Shown: positions 37,554 to 47,725, numbered from the stretch's first letter. The stretch: 64,000 bases of DNA from an uncultured Gammaproteobacteria bacterium (GCA_964196195.1 CAXMSE010000032.1:801-64800); one strand, 5' to 3'. Notes: generated from the letters alone by a model not told the origin. Translations and numbers: made by a program.

Positions 37554-38579
37554 GTGACTACTACTGAACACTCGGCAAACGATGCCGTCAGCAATGGGGC
37601 CGACGAGATGTCGGCGGAGCACGGAGCGAGTCCGGGATTCGCCGAAAACTTCGCCTCGCTCACCACCAACATCGAGCGAGCCATAAAGGGAAAGCCCCAG
37701 GTAGTGCGCCTGATGGTTCTCGCCCTGATCAGCGACGGCCACGTTCTCGTGGAAGACGTCCCGGGTGTAGGCAAGACGAGCCTCGGCAAGGCCCTCGCAC
37801 GAAGTGTCGACGGCAAGTTCGGGCGTGTTCAGTTCACGCCAGACCTGCTGCCCACCGACGTCACCGGCGTGAGTGTGTGGGATCGAGCCGACGAAAAGTT
37901 CGAATTCCGACCTGGTCCGGTTTTCTCCAACATCCTGCTGGCCGATGAGATCAACCGCGCCTCGCCGAAAACCCAGTCGGCCCTGCTCGAGGCGATGGGC
38001 GAACACCAGGTCACCGCCGATGGCACCACCCATATCCTCGGCTCGCCATTCATGGTGATCGCCACCCAGAACCCGATCGAGCACGAAGGCACTTACCCCC
38101 TCCCCGAGGCCCAACTCGATCGCTTCTTGATGCGTATCGAGATCGGCTACCCGGACCGGGCCGCTGAAGTGGAGATCCTCGAAAGCCACGGCGACAGTTC
38201 CGAACCAGTCGACTCACTCCAAGCGGTGCTCAGCGCCGCCCAGATCGCCGACATGGCCACCTCTCTTCGCGACATCTATCTGGCCCCAGCACTGAGGACC
38301 TACCTCCTCGACCTGGCCGACGCTACGCGAAACCATCCCGCCCTGTCCCTCGGCTTGTCGCCGAGGGGGGTACTGGCTCTCCAGCGAGTCGCCCGGGCCG
38401 AGGCGGCGGCACAGGGTCGCGCCTACGCCACCCCCGACGATGTGAAGGGCCTCGCCCGGTTCGTGATGCCCCACCGCCTCCTGATGACCCCTGAGAGCCG
38501 CATGCGAGGTCTTCGACCCGCGGAGATCGTCGGCGAGATCGTCGATGCCGTTCCGATCCCCCGCCCCAGCGGCAGCTGA
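37554..38579 (+). CDS. MoxR family AAA+ ATPase
   Basis: EDVPGVGKT, QFTPDLLP, DEINRASPKTQSALLE, ATQNP, LPEAQLDRF, SPRG. Confidence 0.95.
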   Translation: MTTTEHSANDAVSNGADEMSAEHGASPGFAENFASLTTNIERAIKGKPQVVRLMVLALISDGHVLVEDVPGVGKTSLGKALARSVDGKFGRVQFTPDLLPTDVTGVSVWDRADEKFEFRPGPVFSNILLADEINRASPKTQSALLEAMGEHQVTADGTTHILGSPFMVIATQNPIEHEGTYPLPEAQLDRFLMRIEIGYPDRAAEVEILESHGDSSEPVDSLQAVLSAAQIADMATSLRDIYLAPALRTYLLDLADATRNHPALSLGLSPRGVLALQRVARAEAAAQGRAYATPDDVKGLARFVMPHRLLMTPESRMRGLRPAEIVGEIVDAVPIPRPSGS

Positions 38580-38581
38580 AG

Positions 38582-39748
38582 ATGCCCACCCGCGCCGGAT
38601 GGGGCGTGCTGGTCTCGGGGGCGGCATTCGTGATCGCCGGCCGCCTCTTCGGTGCTGTCGAATTCCTCGTCGCGGGTACGGTCGCGCTGGCAGCGGTGGT
38701 CATCGCCGTGGTGCTCAGGCGTGTCCGTCCATCCCAGATCGCGGTGGCGCGCCAGCTCACTCCGCCTCGAGTACCGGCGGGCGAGCCCGCACGGGTCGAT
38801 CTCGAAGTCATCAACCGCGCCGGCTACCGCACTCCCCTGCTCCGCCTCCACGACTCGGTCAGCGGCACACGAGGAGTTCACCTCTCACTCGCCCCGCTCG
38901 CGGCCGACGACGGCCGGGTCCAGGGCGCTTACCGGCTTCCCACGACGCGCCGCGGTGTGCTCGAGCTCGGGCCGATTCGGATCGATGATGTCGATGCCTT
39001 GGGACTCGCCCGGCGTAGTCACCGCGTCGACACCAAGGTGCGCCTCATCGTGCATCCGCCGATCGAGTCTCTCCCCCCCGTTCGCGTTCCCGCCGGCGAC
39101 GATCCCCTCCTCGGCGAGGAGCTGAGACAGTCGCTCGGCTTGAGCGACGAAGAGTTCGACGGTCTTCGCGACTATGTCCCCGGCGATGATCTCCGCAAGA
39201 TCCATTGGCCTTCGTCGGCCCGCCACGGCGATCTCCAGGTACGCCAGTTCCGGCCACCGCGCCACGGTCGTCTCTCGGTGGTGATCGACACTCGACCGCC
39301 CAGCGATTCCGCCATCGCTCTCGACTACACCACATCGATCGCCGGCTCGATCGCAGCCGCCGTTCTCGCCGCGGGCGACGCCACCCGGATCGACACCACC
39401 GATGGCCGCACTACGGAGATGCTCACAGGGGCATCCCAACTCGAGCCGATGCTCGAGTTCCTCGCCCTGCTCAAGGGAGGTAGCGGATCGATACACGCCT
39501 CGGTGCCCACGTCTCCGGGCAACATCGTGGCGGTATCGGCCGACCCGGCTCTCGTCAGCAATGCAGGGGCACGACGCCTCTTCGCCCAGCGCCTGCGAGC
39601 CTCTATCGTGATCACCGTCGACGCCGAGCGCTGGGGCAACTCAGAAACCGAGGGCAGCCGCACCGCCGACTGGCTCCACCTCACCGCCCCGGGCCAGCTT
39701 GCATCTCTGTGGCAACTGGGCCGCCAACGCCAGGTGGTGCGCCGATGA
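38582..39748 (+). CDS. DUF58 domain protein
   Basis: N-terminal TM helices, RRG, EFDGLRDYVPGDDLRKIHWPSSAR. Confidence 0.92.
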   Translation: MPTRAGWGVLVSGAAFVIAGRLFGAVEFLVAGTVALAAVVIAVVLRRVRPSQIAVARQLTPPRVPAGEPARVDLEVINRAGYRTPLLRLHDSVSGTRGVHLSLAPLAADDGRVQGAYRLPTTRRGVLELGPIRIDDVDALGLARRSHRVDTKVRLIVHPPIESLPPVRVPAGDDPLLGEELRQSLGLSDEEFDGLRDYVPGDDLRKIHWPSSARHGDLQVRQFRPPRHGRLSVVIDTRPPSDSAIALDYTTSIAGSIAAAVLAAGDATRIDTTDGRTTEMLTGASQLEPMLEFLALLKGGSGSIHASVPTSPGNIVAVSADPALVSNAGARRLFAQRLRASIVITVDAERWGNSETEGSRTADWLHLTAPGQLASLWQLGRQRQVVRR

Positions 39749-42069
39749 CCCCCCGTCGCCTTATCGGGTTTGTCGCCGAACTGGCTCTGTTGGGCCTCTC
39801 GGTTGCGGTCACTATCGGACTCGAACGCCTATTCGTCGATACGTCGTACCTCAACGACCTCATCGTCTTGGTGATCGCCAGCCACGGACTCGCCATCGTG
39901 GCCCGTCGGGCCGGTTTCGGCATGGCGGTGGCCGCGGCTGTGAGTGCGGCCGGCCTGCTCGTGGTGGGTAACATCCTGCTCTTCTCCGACGCTGCCGGTT
40001 CGATCATCCCGTCGGGCGAGACCCTCACGTTCCTGCGCTCCGACCTCCGTGAGGCCTGGACCATATTCTCGGCTGACTCCGCTCCTGTGGCACCGGTGCG
40101 GGGTTTCATCGTGGCCAGCGGATTCGCGCTCTGGTGGACGGCGTTCCTCGCCGACTGGGCCGCGTTCCGGCTCCGGTCACCCCTCGAGGCAGTGGCTCCC
40201 GCCACCGCACTGTTCGTGTTCGCGGCTCTGTTGGGAGCCGACGAGAACCAGATCGCCCACGGTGCGGCCTACGCGGCCGGCGTGGGCGGCGTACTCCTCA
40301 CGATGCGGGCCGATCGTCAGACCCGCGAGGAGGTGTGGGTGGCATCCGGCGCCGGGAAGGGAGTTTCCACCACCTTGCGCATCGGGGCCATGGTCGCCGC
40401 GCTTGCCGTGGTGTTCGGCGCGTTCGTCGGTCCGGCCATTCCCGGCGCGGGCGACGTGCTTCTCGACCCGAGCAACTGGGACAACGGTCCCCAGACCCGC
40501 TCGGTGATCAGCCCCCTGGTAGAGATCAACGCCTCCCTGGTCGAACAGTCCAACTTCGAGATGTTCTCGGTGAAGGTCGACGATCCCGAAGCCGACAAGA
40601 ACTACTGGCGGCTGATGGCGCTCACGGATTTCAACGGCCAGATCTGGAAACGCAAGAGCAACTTCGACAACATACGAGGCGCCGTCGGCACCGATGTGGC
40701 GGCCGATGTGCCGCGGCGCACGGTGCGCCAGGAGATCACCACCCGCAGTCTCGGCGGCATCTACCTGCCCGCCGCCTATGAGGTGAGCAATCTCGTCGAG
40801 ACCAGCAATGTCGACCTCGAATACGAGAGCGCAACCGGCGCCCTGGTGATCACCCGCGAGTCGGAGGCGCGGGCAGCCCGCGGCTTCACCTACGTTCTCG
40901 AGTCGGCCGTTCCCGAATACAGCCCCACCTCTCTGCCTGCCAGTGCCACGGCGGGGCTCGAGGCTTCGTTCGTGGAGGAACACACCTCCCTGCCACCCTC
41001 ATGTTCGAGCGGCGAGTCAACCCCGGGCGAGTGCTGGCCCGACAACGTCACCACGCTGGCTCAAGACATCACCGCCGGCGCCACCACCGACTACCAGCGT
41101 GTGCTCGCCCTCCAGAACCACTTCCTCGACCCCTCCAACTTCACCTACGACCTCGACGTGGCATTGCGTCACGATGTGAACGACATCGAAGACTTCCTGT
41201 ATGTCGTGCAGCGCGGCTACTGCGAGCAGTTCGCCTCCACCTTCGCCGCGATGGCCCGATCGATCGGGATCCCTGCCCGTGTCGCGGTGGGGTTCACCTG
41301 GGGCGACTGGGACGACGACCGCCAGGAATACGTGGTGCGAGGCGAACACGCCCATGCCTGGCCCGAGGTCTACTTCGCCGGCGTCGGTTGGGTGGTGTTC
41401 GACCCCACACCCGGCCGAGCACCCGCCCACGGTAGCGAGATCACCGGCCTTGTGCCGGCCCAGCTCAACGAGAACGACGCTTCCAACCGCGGCGGCGGAT
41501 CCGTCGCCGCACCTCCGAGCACGATCGCTCCCGGCATCACCGGCCAGCCCACCATCCCCGGCTTCGGCGAGGAACTCACAGTGCCCACCACCGTGCCGGC
41601 CGTGGGTACCGGCTCTGGAGACAGCTCCGGATCCGCTTGGCTTGTCCTGCTTCGGGCCGGCGTGGTGCTTGGGGCCCTCGCCTTCGCCTTGGGCGTCGTG
41701 CCCGCGCTTCGATTCCTTCTCCGCCGTCGCCGGCTTCACCGGGTGGCCGCCGACCCCTGTGGTCGTGCCGAACTCGCGTGGGACGATGCCGCCGGCGCCC
41801 TCTCACTGGTGGGCCTGGTTCAGGCCCCCCACGAGACACTCCCTGAGTTCATCAGTCGCGTAGGCCGCACCGGCACTCGGGTGGGGCCTCTCGCCCAGCT
41901 CGCGGGCGACGTCGGCGTATTGCGCTACTCCGTGCCCGCCGATCCCATTCCCCACGCCATCGCCGCTCAGAGCGCGGCGGCAGACGTGGTGCATACGTGC
42001 AGAGCTTCGCGAACGTTTACCCAGTTGTTCGTCGACGCCGTCGATCCCCGAACGCTCCGATTTTCCTGA
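39745..42069 (+). CDS. Membrane-bound transglutaminase-like protein (DUF3488/TgpA type)
   Basis: Multi-TM N-terminus, YWRL, GYCEQFA, HAWPEVYF, FDPTP triad; ATGA overlap with DUF58. Confidence 0.92.
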   Translation: MTPRRLIGFVAELALLGLSVAVTIGLERLFVDTSYLNDLIVLVIASHGLAIVARRAGFGMAVAAAVSAAGLLVVGNILLFSDAAGSIIPSGETLTFLRSDLREAWTIFSADSAPVAPVRGFIVASGFALWWTAFLADWAAFRLRSPLEAVAPATALFVFAALLGADENQIAHGAAYAAGVGGVLLTMRADRQTREEVWVASGAGKGVSTTLRIGAMVAALAVVFGAFVGPAIPGAGDVLLDPSNWDNGPQTRSVISPLVEINASLVEQSNFEMFSVKVDDPEADKNYWRLMALTDFNGQIWKRKSNFDNIRGAVGTDVAADVPRRTVRQEITTRSLGGIYLPAAYEVSNLVETSNVDLEYESATGALVITRESEARAARGFTYVLESAVPEYSPTSLPASATAGLEASFVEEHTSLPPSCSSGESTPGECWPDNVTTLAQDITAGATTDYQRVLALQNHFLDPSNFTYDLDVALRHDVNDIEDFLYVVQRGYCEQFASTFAAMARSIGIPARVAVGFTWGDWDDDRQEYVVRGEHAHAWPEVYFAGVGWVVFDPTPGRAPAHGSEITGLVPAQLNENDASNRGGGSVAAPPSTIAPGITGQPTIPGFGEELTVPTTVPAVGTGSGDSSGSAWLVLLRAGVVLGALAFALGVVPALRFLLRRRRLHRVAADPCGRAELAWDDAAGALSLVGLVQAPHETLPEFISRVGRTGTRVGPLAQLAGDVGVLRYSVPADPIPHAIAAQSAAADVVHTCRASRTFTQLFVDAVDPRTLRFS

Positions 42070-42105
42070 ACCGGCGCGGACGCCGAGAACCAAGAAGAGC
42101 GATAG

Positions 42106-42495
42106 CTACTCGCCGGGCTGATCTTCGGGACGGTTGAACCGGTCACGCATCCGGGCTCCAGCGCCTCCCACGACGTCGCGGAAACCACCGCCGCGCATGT
42201 TGGAAGTCATCTGCTCGAGGCCGGCACGGCCCAGCTTGCGGGCGTTGCGCTCGAACCAGAGCACGCTGGCCAACATCAGGAGGAAGCCGACGAAGGCGAA
42301 GGCGAACGACACCGAGAGCAGTAGGACCATCAGCACGACTCCACACAGGAAGCCGAACGTGGCCCACTTCAGGTTGCGGAAAGCATGGGTGTAGATCGTG
42401 GTTTGGGAGACCTCGCGCGCGAGCGCGGGATCGGATTGATAGAGATGATCCTCGATCTCGGTGAGGATTCGTTGTTCATCCTCGGAAAGCGGCAC
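42106..42495 (-). CDS. DUF3040 family membrane protein
   Basis: PLSEDEQRILTEIE..L..SDP, two TM helices; AAGGAG SD before GTG 42495. Confidence 0.88.
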   Translation of the reverse strand: MPLSEDEQRILTEIEDHLYQSDPALAREVSQTTIYTHAFRNLKWATFGFLCGVVLMVLLLSVSFAFAFVGFLLMLASVLWFERNARKLGRAGLEQMTSNMRGGGFRDVVGGAGARMRDRFNRPEDQPGE

Positions 42496-42570
42496 CGTTG
42501 TCTCCTTGGCCCGGTTGTCGTCTTGCTCCAGTGTCGCACAGCACCACCCCCTCAACAACGCGGTGGGTAA

Positions 42571-43854
42571 TCAAAGATTGCAGTCGGGACCCCATTGTTG
42601 TTGGCCACGTTCCATCCGTCTCAGCCCCGATCCGGGCCTCGAAAGGGTGGCCGGCCCGATCGCGTTGCCACCGAAGCGCTCTCTGATTTCATCGACGACA
42701 CCATCAGCATCACTCCAGGAACGACCCTCGACATCGTCGAAACTCAGCTGTTGAGCGTGCGGCTCCACGAGTTGGCTGGCGCTTACGCCGAGCAGGCGAA
42801 CACCGGGCGAGGTGTCGACTCGGGCGAGGAGGGCTCCCGCCTCATGGGCTATCGAACGCGCTCCATCGATCGGAGAGAGCAGAGTCACCGACCTCGTGAT
42901 GGTCGTGAAGTCGCCAAAGCGGACCTTCACGGTGATCGTCCGACCCGCGACATTTGCGGCCCGCAGCCTCGAGGCGACAGCGTCGGCCATCCGTACGAGC
43001 TCCCTCGACAGGCGGTCGTCAACGAAGATGTCGTGAGCGAATGTCTCCTCGTGGCCTATCGATTTCACACCCTGATCGACAATCACCGGGCGCTCGTCAC
43101 GGCCTTGGGAGAGGAGATGAAGATGGCGCCCCAGGGCCGAACCGAGGGCCGCGGTCACTCGCTCTTCGGGCTGGGCGGCCAGATCGCCGACCGTCTCGAT
43201 CCCCATACGCGAGAGCTTGGCGCCGGTGGCGGGGCCCACGCCCCAGAGCGCACCCACCGCCAAGGGCTGAAGGAAGTCGAGCTCTGTACCGGCCTTGATC
43301 ACGTGCACGCCGGTGCCGAAGATCGGACCGGTGGCGCTCGGCTTGGGCTTGGCTCGTCCGGTGGCGAGCTTGGCGAGGAACTTGTTGGTGGCAACCCCGA
43401 CCGAACAGGTGAGCTGCTCCTCGGCGAGTACACGAGCTCTCAGCTCGGCCGCAATCGTTGGGGCTCGATCGCGGCCGTGGAGGGCACCGCGCACATCCAG
43501 GAACGCCTCATCGAGCGAGAGCGGCTCGACCAGGGGCGTCACATCGCGAAACAGTGCCATCACCTTCCCGCTCACCTCGCCGTAATAGGCGTGATCGCCG
43601 GTGAGAAACACCGCGTGGGGACACAGGCGTCGTGCTCGGGTGGTGGGCATCGCGGAATAGATGCCATATGAGCGAGCTACATAGGAGGCCGCAGCCACCA
43701 CGCCACGATCGCCGGTGCCTCCCACGACGACCGGCTCGGCGATCAGCTCCGGTCTACGGCGCAATTCACAGGAGACAAAAAAGGCGTCCATGTCGACGTG
43801 CAGGAAACCCAAGCTTCCATCCGGAGCGCTTCCCTCGGACCGTTGGGAACTCAC
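42571..43854 (-). CDS. dinB: DNA polymerase IV
   Basis: HVDMDAFF, AASYVAR, SLDEAFLD, KFLAKLA, LWGVG, KSIGHEETF. Confidence 0.95.
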   Translation of the reverse strand: MSSQRSEGSAPDGSLGFLHVDMDAFFVSCELRRRPELIAEPVVVGGTGDRGVVAAASYVARSYGIYSAMPTTRARRLCPHAVFLTGDHAYYGEVSGKVMALFRDVTPLVEPLSLDEAFLDVRGALHGRDRAPTIAAELRARVLAEEQLTCSVGVATNKFLAKLATGRAKPKPSATGPIFGTGVHVIKAGTELDFLQPLAVGALWGVGPATGAKLSRMGIETVGDLAAQPEERVTAALGSALGRHLHLLSQGRDERPVIVDQGVKSIGHEETFAHDIFVDDRLSRELVRMADAVASRLRAANVAGRTITVKVRFGDFTTITRSVTLLSPIDGARSIAHEAGALLARVDTSPGVRLLGVSASQLVEPHAQQLSFDDVEGRSWSDADGVVDEIRERFGGNAIGPATLSRPGSGLRRMERGQQQWGPDCNL

Positions 43855-44342
43855 TCCGGGCGCCGCTCGGCCCGCATCTCAGCCGGATTATCTCCGTAGG
43901 CGGCATAACTGAAGTGCCGGGGCTGCGTCCATGGCTCGCTCGTCCACTCCCGAAGTGGTTCACTCACCCACAGAGGGCTCGCGTTCAGGCGACCGTCGAC
44001 ACCTGTGGGATCGAGGAACTCCGCTGCGGTGACGATCCCGTCGGGATCCTCGAGAACAACGGCACCCTCGAAGCCGGCGGCGAGGTGAACTTCGACGTCG
44101 AGAAGCGTCTCCAGCTCGACGAACTCGACCGCGACCGTCCAGCACAAGCGTGCCCAATTGGCGACGGTGAGGCCGGTCTCCTCGCAGACCTCCCTGGTGA
44201 GTGCCTCCACCGGTGTCTCGCCGGCATCGACCACACCGCCCGGAGTGGTCCAGTCGATGCTGCCACCACGGCGCCGGTTGGCGACCAGCAGCAGGCCCCG
44301 CTCGTCGACGAGAAGACCCCCGGCAACTCTCCAATGACGCAC
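43851..44342 (-). CDS. NUDIX hydrolase
   Basis: Nudix box GGVVDAGETPVEALTREVCEETGL; GTGA overlap with dinB. Confidence 0.92.
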   Translation of the reverse strand: MRHWRVAGGLLVDERGLLLVANRRRGGSIDWTTPGGVVDAGETPVEALTREVCEETGLTVANWARLCWTVAVEFVELETLLDVEVHLAAGFEGAVVLEDPDGIVTAAEFLDPTGVDGRLNASPLWVSEPLREWTSEPWTQPRHFSYAAYGDNPAEMRAERRPE

Positions 44343-44377
44343 CCGCTCAGCATGCCAGCTTCCGCAGGTGCCGGGTT

Positions 44378-45091
44378 CTAATCAGCGGCGGAATTCTCCA
44401 CAACGGCCGCGCCGTTTCCGAGATCGGTAGCCACAACCTCGGCTTTCACCACCGCTGCGGTGGACACCTCAGCTGCAGGCGAGGATGAGGGGTCCGGTGC
44501 CGGCTCGTTCTCGGCCACGAGAACGAGAATCCCGGTGGATGAAGCGGCGATCACCACTCCTACGAGGGGAAACAGGAGTCTGCGTCGGATCCGCTTCTGA
44601 TCGCGGGCGACCTCGTCCTCCTCGTCCATCAGGCGATTCAGCCGTGAGGCGACGTCGGAAGTCTCGATCTCCAGTGAGGTCGACAGAACCTCGAGGTCCA
44701 CATCACGAAGCGCGATCGGGGTACCAAGGGGGAGTTCGCGAAGGCGATACACGAGCGCGAGGTAGCGGGCGAGAACCGCGTCGGGGCCCGAAGCATCCGA
44801 CATTTCGACCCCGGACCGGCTGACCGCTATAAGGCCCTCGTCCAGATCTATGACCAGCTGAGAACGCTCGGGCATCAGTCCGGCATCTTCGACCCCGTAG
44901 AGCCTCACCAGCCCAGATAAGAGCTGGTCGTCGACCACCCGTCGACCATGTTCGAGATCGTCGAGTTCGACCACCGTGAAATCGGTGTGGTTGGCAAGCT
45001 CTTCCAGGTCCAGGCCTGCGGCCACCCGAGCTTGGCGAAGCAGGGTGCCCAAACGACGTGGCGGCACCAGCGTGGTGAGATCGGTTTCCAT
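44378..45091 (-). CDS. XRE-family HTH protein with a BldD-like C-domain and a C-terminal TM helix
   Basis: LGTLLRQARVAAGL..LEHGRR..LYGV HTH; LVIDL; LARY..REL-X8-RDVD; QKRIRRR then ~22 hydrophobic residues. Confidence 0.8.
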   Translation of the reverse strand: METDLTTLVPPRRLGTLLRQARVAAGLDLEELANHTDFTVVELDDLEHGRRVVDDQLLSGLVRLYGVEDAGLMPERSQLVIDLDEGLIAVSRSGVEMSDASGPDAVLARYLALVYRLRELPLGTPIALRDVDLEVLSTSLEIETSDVASRLNRLMDEEDEVARDQKRIRRRLLFPLVGVVIAASSTGILVLVAENEPAPDPSSSPAAEVSTAAVVKAEVVATDLGNGAAVVENSAAD

Positions 45092-45108
45092 GGGGTTTTC
45101 GTCGGCAA

Positions 45109-45831
45109 TCAGCGCCTGAATCTGAGGACGCGGTCGCGGAACCCCCACCAGGTGACCAACACCAATGCCTCCACCACGATCCAACTCGACATCTTGGAGG
45201 TTCCCCTGATTCGATCGGTGAACGAGATCGGGATCTCGGTGACCGAGCCGCCGGTGGCAAGAACCCTGTGAGCCATCTCGATCTGGAAGCCGTAACCGTC
45301 GGCTCGGATGGTGTGGAAGTCGATCGCGGCCAGTGCCTCGGAGCGATAGGCCCTGAACCCGCTGGTGGCGTCATTGACGCTGATGCCAAGCACCAATGCT
45401 GCATACCGGTTGCCCCACCTCGACAGGGCGCGCCGATACCACGACCAGTCCGGGATCGATCCGCCCGGCACGTAGCGACTACCGATGGCGAGATCAGCAC
45501 CCTCCTCGACTGCAGCCAGCAAGGTGGGAAGCACAGCGGGGTCGTGGGACAGGTCGGAGTCCATCTCCACCATCACGTCGAAGCCGTTGATCAGGCCCTG
45601 CTTGAAGCCCTCGCGGTAGGCCGAGCCCAGACCGGATTTCGCGGGGCGCCGCATCACCTCGACTACACCCAGCTCCTCCCCCACCCGCTCGGCGACGTCG
45701 GCCGTGCCGTCAGGGCTCGAATCGTCGACCACGAGCACTCGAGCATCCGGTGAGGCGGAGTGGAGTCGGCGGAGCACCTCTTCGATGTTCGCCGCCTCGT
45801 CGTAGGTGGGAAGAACAACCAAGACACGCAC
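45109..45831 (-). CDS. ppm1: Polyprenol monophosphomannose synthase (GT2)
   Basis: LPTYDEA, VDDSSPDGT, GLGSAY, EMDSDLSH, IGSRYVPGG, DATSGFR, GYGFQIE. Confidence 0.9.
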   Translation of the reverse strand: MRVLVVLPTYDEAANIEEVLRRLHSASPDARVLVVDDSSPDGTADVAERVGEELGVVEVMRRPAKSGLGSAYREGFKQGLINGFDVMVEMDSDLSHDPAVLPTLLAAVEEGADLAIGSRYVPGGSIPDWSWYRRALSRWGNRYAALVLGISVNDATSGFRAYRSEALAAIDFHTIRADGYGFQIEMAHRVLATGGSVTEIPISFTDRIRGTSKMSSWIVVEALVLVTWWGFRDRVLRFRR

Positions 45832-45896
45832 GGCCGTGAACTCTAGAGGCGGAGGCGCCACCACCACGCCACCGGCGTCTCGATAGGCTCGCGCCG

Positions 45897-46190
45897 ATGT
45901 CGAATTCGCAAGCAGGCCGTTCCCCCGACACCGCCGCTCCCCCCGTGTTGGCCCGCGCCCTCGCCCTGCTCGCGATCATGATCGCGGGCCTCTGCGGCGG
46001 GCTCATCGGGTTCGCGGTCACCGATCTCCAATGCAACGACGGATGCACCACCACGGCCGGGATCGTGGGCGTGGTCAGCGCGGCCGGAGCCGCCGTCGGC
46101 GTGGCCATCGTTGCGGTGCTCACCATGCGAGCGATGGCCGAATGGAAGGCCCAGGAGCTGCAAGAACAGGCCCGGCGAATTCAGGAATGA
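45897..46190 (+). CDS. Small two-TM hypothetical membrane protein
   Basis: Two hydrophobic helices around LQCNDGC, RAMAEW; TAGGCT -10 7 nt before ATG; ATGA-coupled to the IMPase gene. Confidence 0.8.
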   Translation: MSNSQAGRSPDTAAPPVLARALALLAIMIAGLCGGLIGFAVTDLQCNDGCTTTAGIVGVVSAAGAAVGVAIVAVLTMRAMAEWKAQELQEQARRIQE

Positions 46191-46975
46191 GTCCCGATCT
46201 GAATGAACTTGGGGCCATCGCCGACGCGGCGCTCGACCGAGTCGTGCCCGCCCTTCGCTCTCCGGATGCCCTCACCGATCTCGCCGTCGACACCAAATCG
46301 AGCGGCACCGACATGGTCACCGAGATGGATCGATGGGCGGAGGCCACAATTGTCGAGGTGATCTCCTCGGCCAGACCCGACGACGGTTTTCTGGGCGAGG
46401 AGGGAGCGGCGAAGGAGAGCCTCACCGGGGTCACCTGGCTGATCGACCCGATCGACGGCACCACCAACTTCCTCTACGACATTCCCGGCTATTCGGTATC
46501 GATCGCCGCTCGCCTCGATGGCGTCGATGTCGTGGGAGCCGTTCACGACCCCATCCGGGGCGAACGCTTCCGCGCCGTCAAGCACCAGGGTGCCACCCTC
46601 AATGGGTCGTCAATCTCGGTGAGCGACAAGGACCAACTCCCCACCGCCCTGGTGGCCACGGGCTTTTCGTATGAAGCCGGCAGGCGCCGGGCCCAGGCGG
46701 AGGTGCTCACCCATGTCCTCCCCGCTGTACGCGACATCCGCCGCTTCGGCGGCGCTGCGCTCGATCTGTGCTCACTGGCGTGCGGGCGGGTCGATGCCTA
46801 CTACGAGCGTGGACTCAACGAATGGGACACCGCCGCCGGTGCCCTCATCGCGGCCGAAGCGGGGGCTCTCATCGACGACCGGCAGCTTTCGGGGGGTGCC
46901 TTCGTCGGTGCCGCCCCCGGCCTGTTCGAAGCCTTGTCGCGCCTGCTCGACGGGGCCGGCGCGCACGAGGCCTGA
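46187..46975 (+). CDS. suhB: Inositol monophosphatase family (SuhB-like)
   Basis: DMVTEMD, GEE, WLIDPIDGTTNF, RRFGGAALDL, WDTAAG. Confidence 0.88.
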   Translation: MSPDLNELGAIADAALDRVVPALRSPDALTDLAVDTKSSGTDMVTEMDRWAEATIVEVISSARPDDGFLGEEGAAKESLTGVTWLIDPIDGTTNFLYDIPGYSVSIAARLDGVDVVGAVHDPIRGERFRAVKHQGATLNGSSISVSDKDQLPTALVATGFSYEAGRRRAQAEVLTHVLPAVRDIRRFGGAALDLCSLACGRVDAYYERGLNEWDTAAGALIAAEAGALIDDRQLSGGAFVGAAPGLFEALSRLLDGAGAHEA

Positions 46976-47032
46976 ACTTTGATTCGTCCCGCGCGTCGCA
47001 TCGCGACCGAGAACATGGCACCATCTCACTCA

Positions 47033-47713
47033 ATGGGTACGCGAATTCTCACGGTGGAAGACGACGAACGAATCCGCACAGCCGTCAAGTTGGCCCTCGA
47101 GGATGAGGGCTGGGACGTCGAAGAGGCGGATAGCGGGGAGGAGGCCCTCAACGCGTTCACGCGCCAAGCGGCCGATGTGGTGTTGATCGACATCATGTTG
47201 CCCGGCATCGACGGCTTCGACGTGTGCAGGGCGATTCGGCGCGTCAGCGACGTGCCGATCGTGATGGTCACCGCTCGTGCCGACACCCACGACGTCGTGG
47301 CCGGGCTCGAAGCCGGCGCCGACGACTACCTCACCAAGCCGTTCGCCCCCAAGGAACTCTCCGCCCGCATCCGGGCTCTGCTGCGCCGAGCCCGCACCTC
47401 CGAGCCGGGGGCGCCTCAGATGATCTTCGGCGATCTCGAGATAGTGCCCGACGAGGGGGTCGTGCGCGTCGGCGGCGATGAAGTCCACCTCACCAAGACC
47501 GAATTCCGCCTCCTCGTCGAACTCGCCTCCAGCCCCGGCCGAGTATTCAGCCGGGAGGTGCTCCTCGAACGAGTATGGGGCTACGGCTACTTCGGCGATG
47601 GCCGTCTCGTCGACGTCCATATCCGTCGCCTGCGCACCAAGGTCGAGTCCGATGCCGCCAACCCGCGCCATGTCGTCACTGTGCGGGGACTCGGCTACAA
47701 GCTCCAAACCTGA
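47033..47713 (+). CDS. OmpR-family response regulator (MtrA/AfsQ1/CseB group)
   Basis: VEDD, DIMLPG, GADDYLTKPF, LTKTEF, VDVHIRRLR, TVRGLGYK. Confidence 0.95.
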   Translation: MGTRILTVEDDERIRTAVKLALEDEGWDVEEADSGEEALNAFTRQAADVVLIDIMLPGIDGFDVCRAIRRVSDVPIVMVTARADTHDVVAGLEAGADDYLTKPFAPKELSARIRALLRRARTSEPGAPQMIFGDLEIVPDEGVVRVGGDEVHLTKTEFRLLVELASSPGRVFSREVLLERVWGYGYFGDGRLVDVHIRRLRTKVESDAANPRHVVTVRGLGYKLQT

Positions 47714-47725
47714 GCGAGAGGTAGC

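Noticed and set aside
37554-42069. MoxR-DUF58-transglutaminase as a novel system
   Set aside because: A widespread, already described trio commonly located beside mraZ in actinobacteria.
43851-44377. SOS or PafBC control of dinB
   Set aside because: No GAAC-N4-GTTC or TGTC-N12-TANNNT seen upstream of NUDIX-dinB; dinB looks operon-driven.
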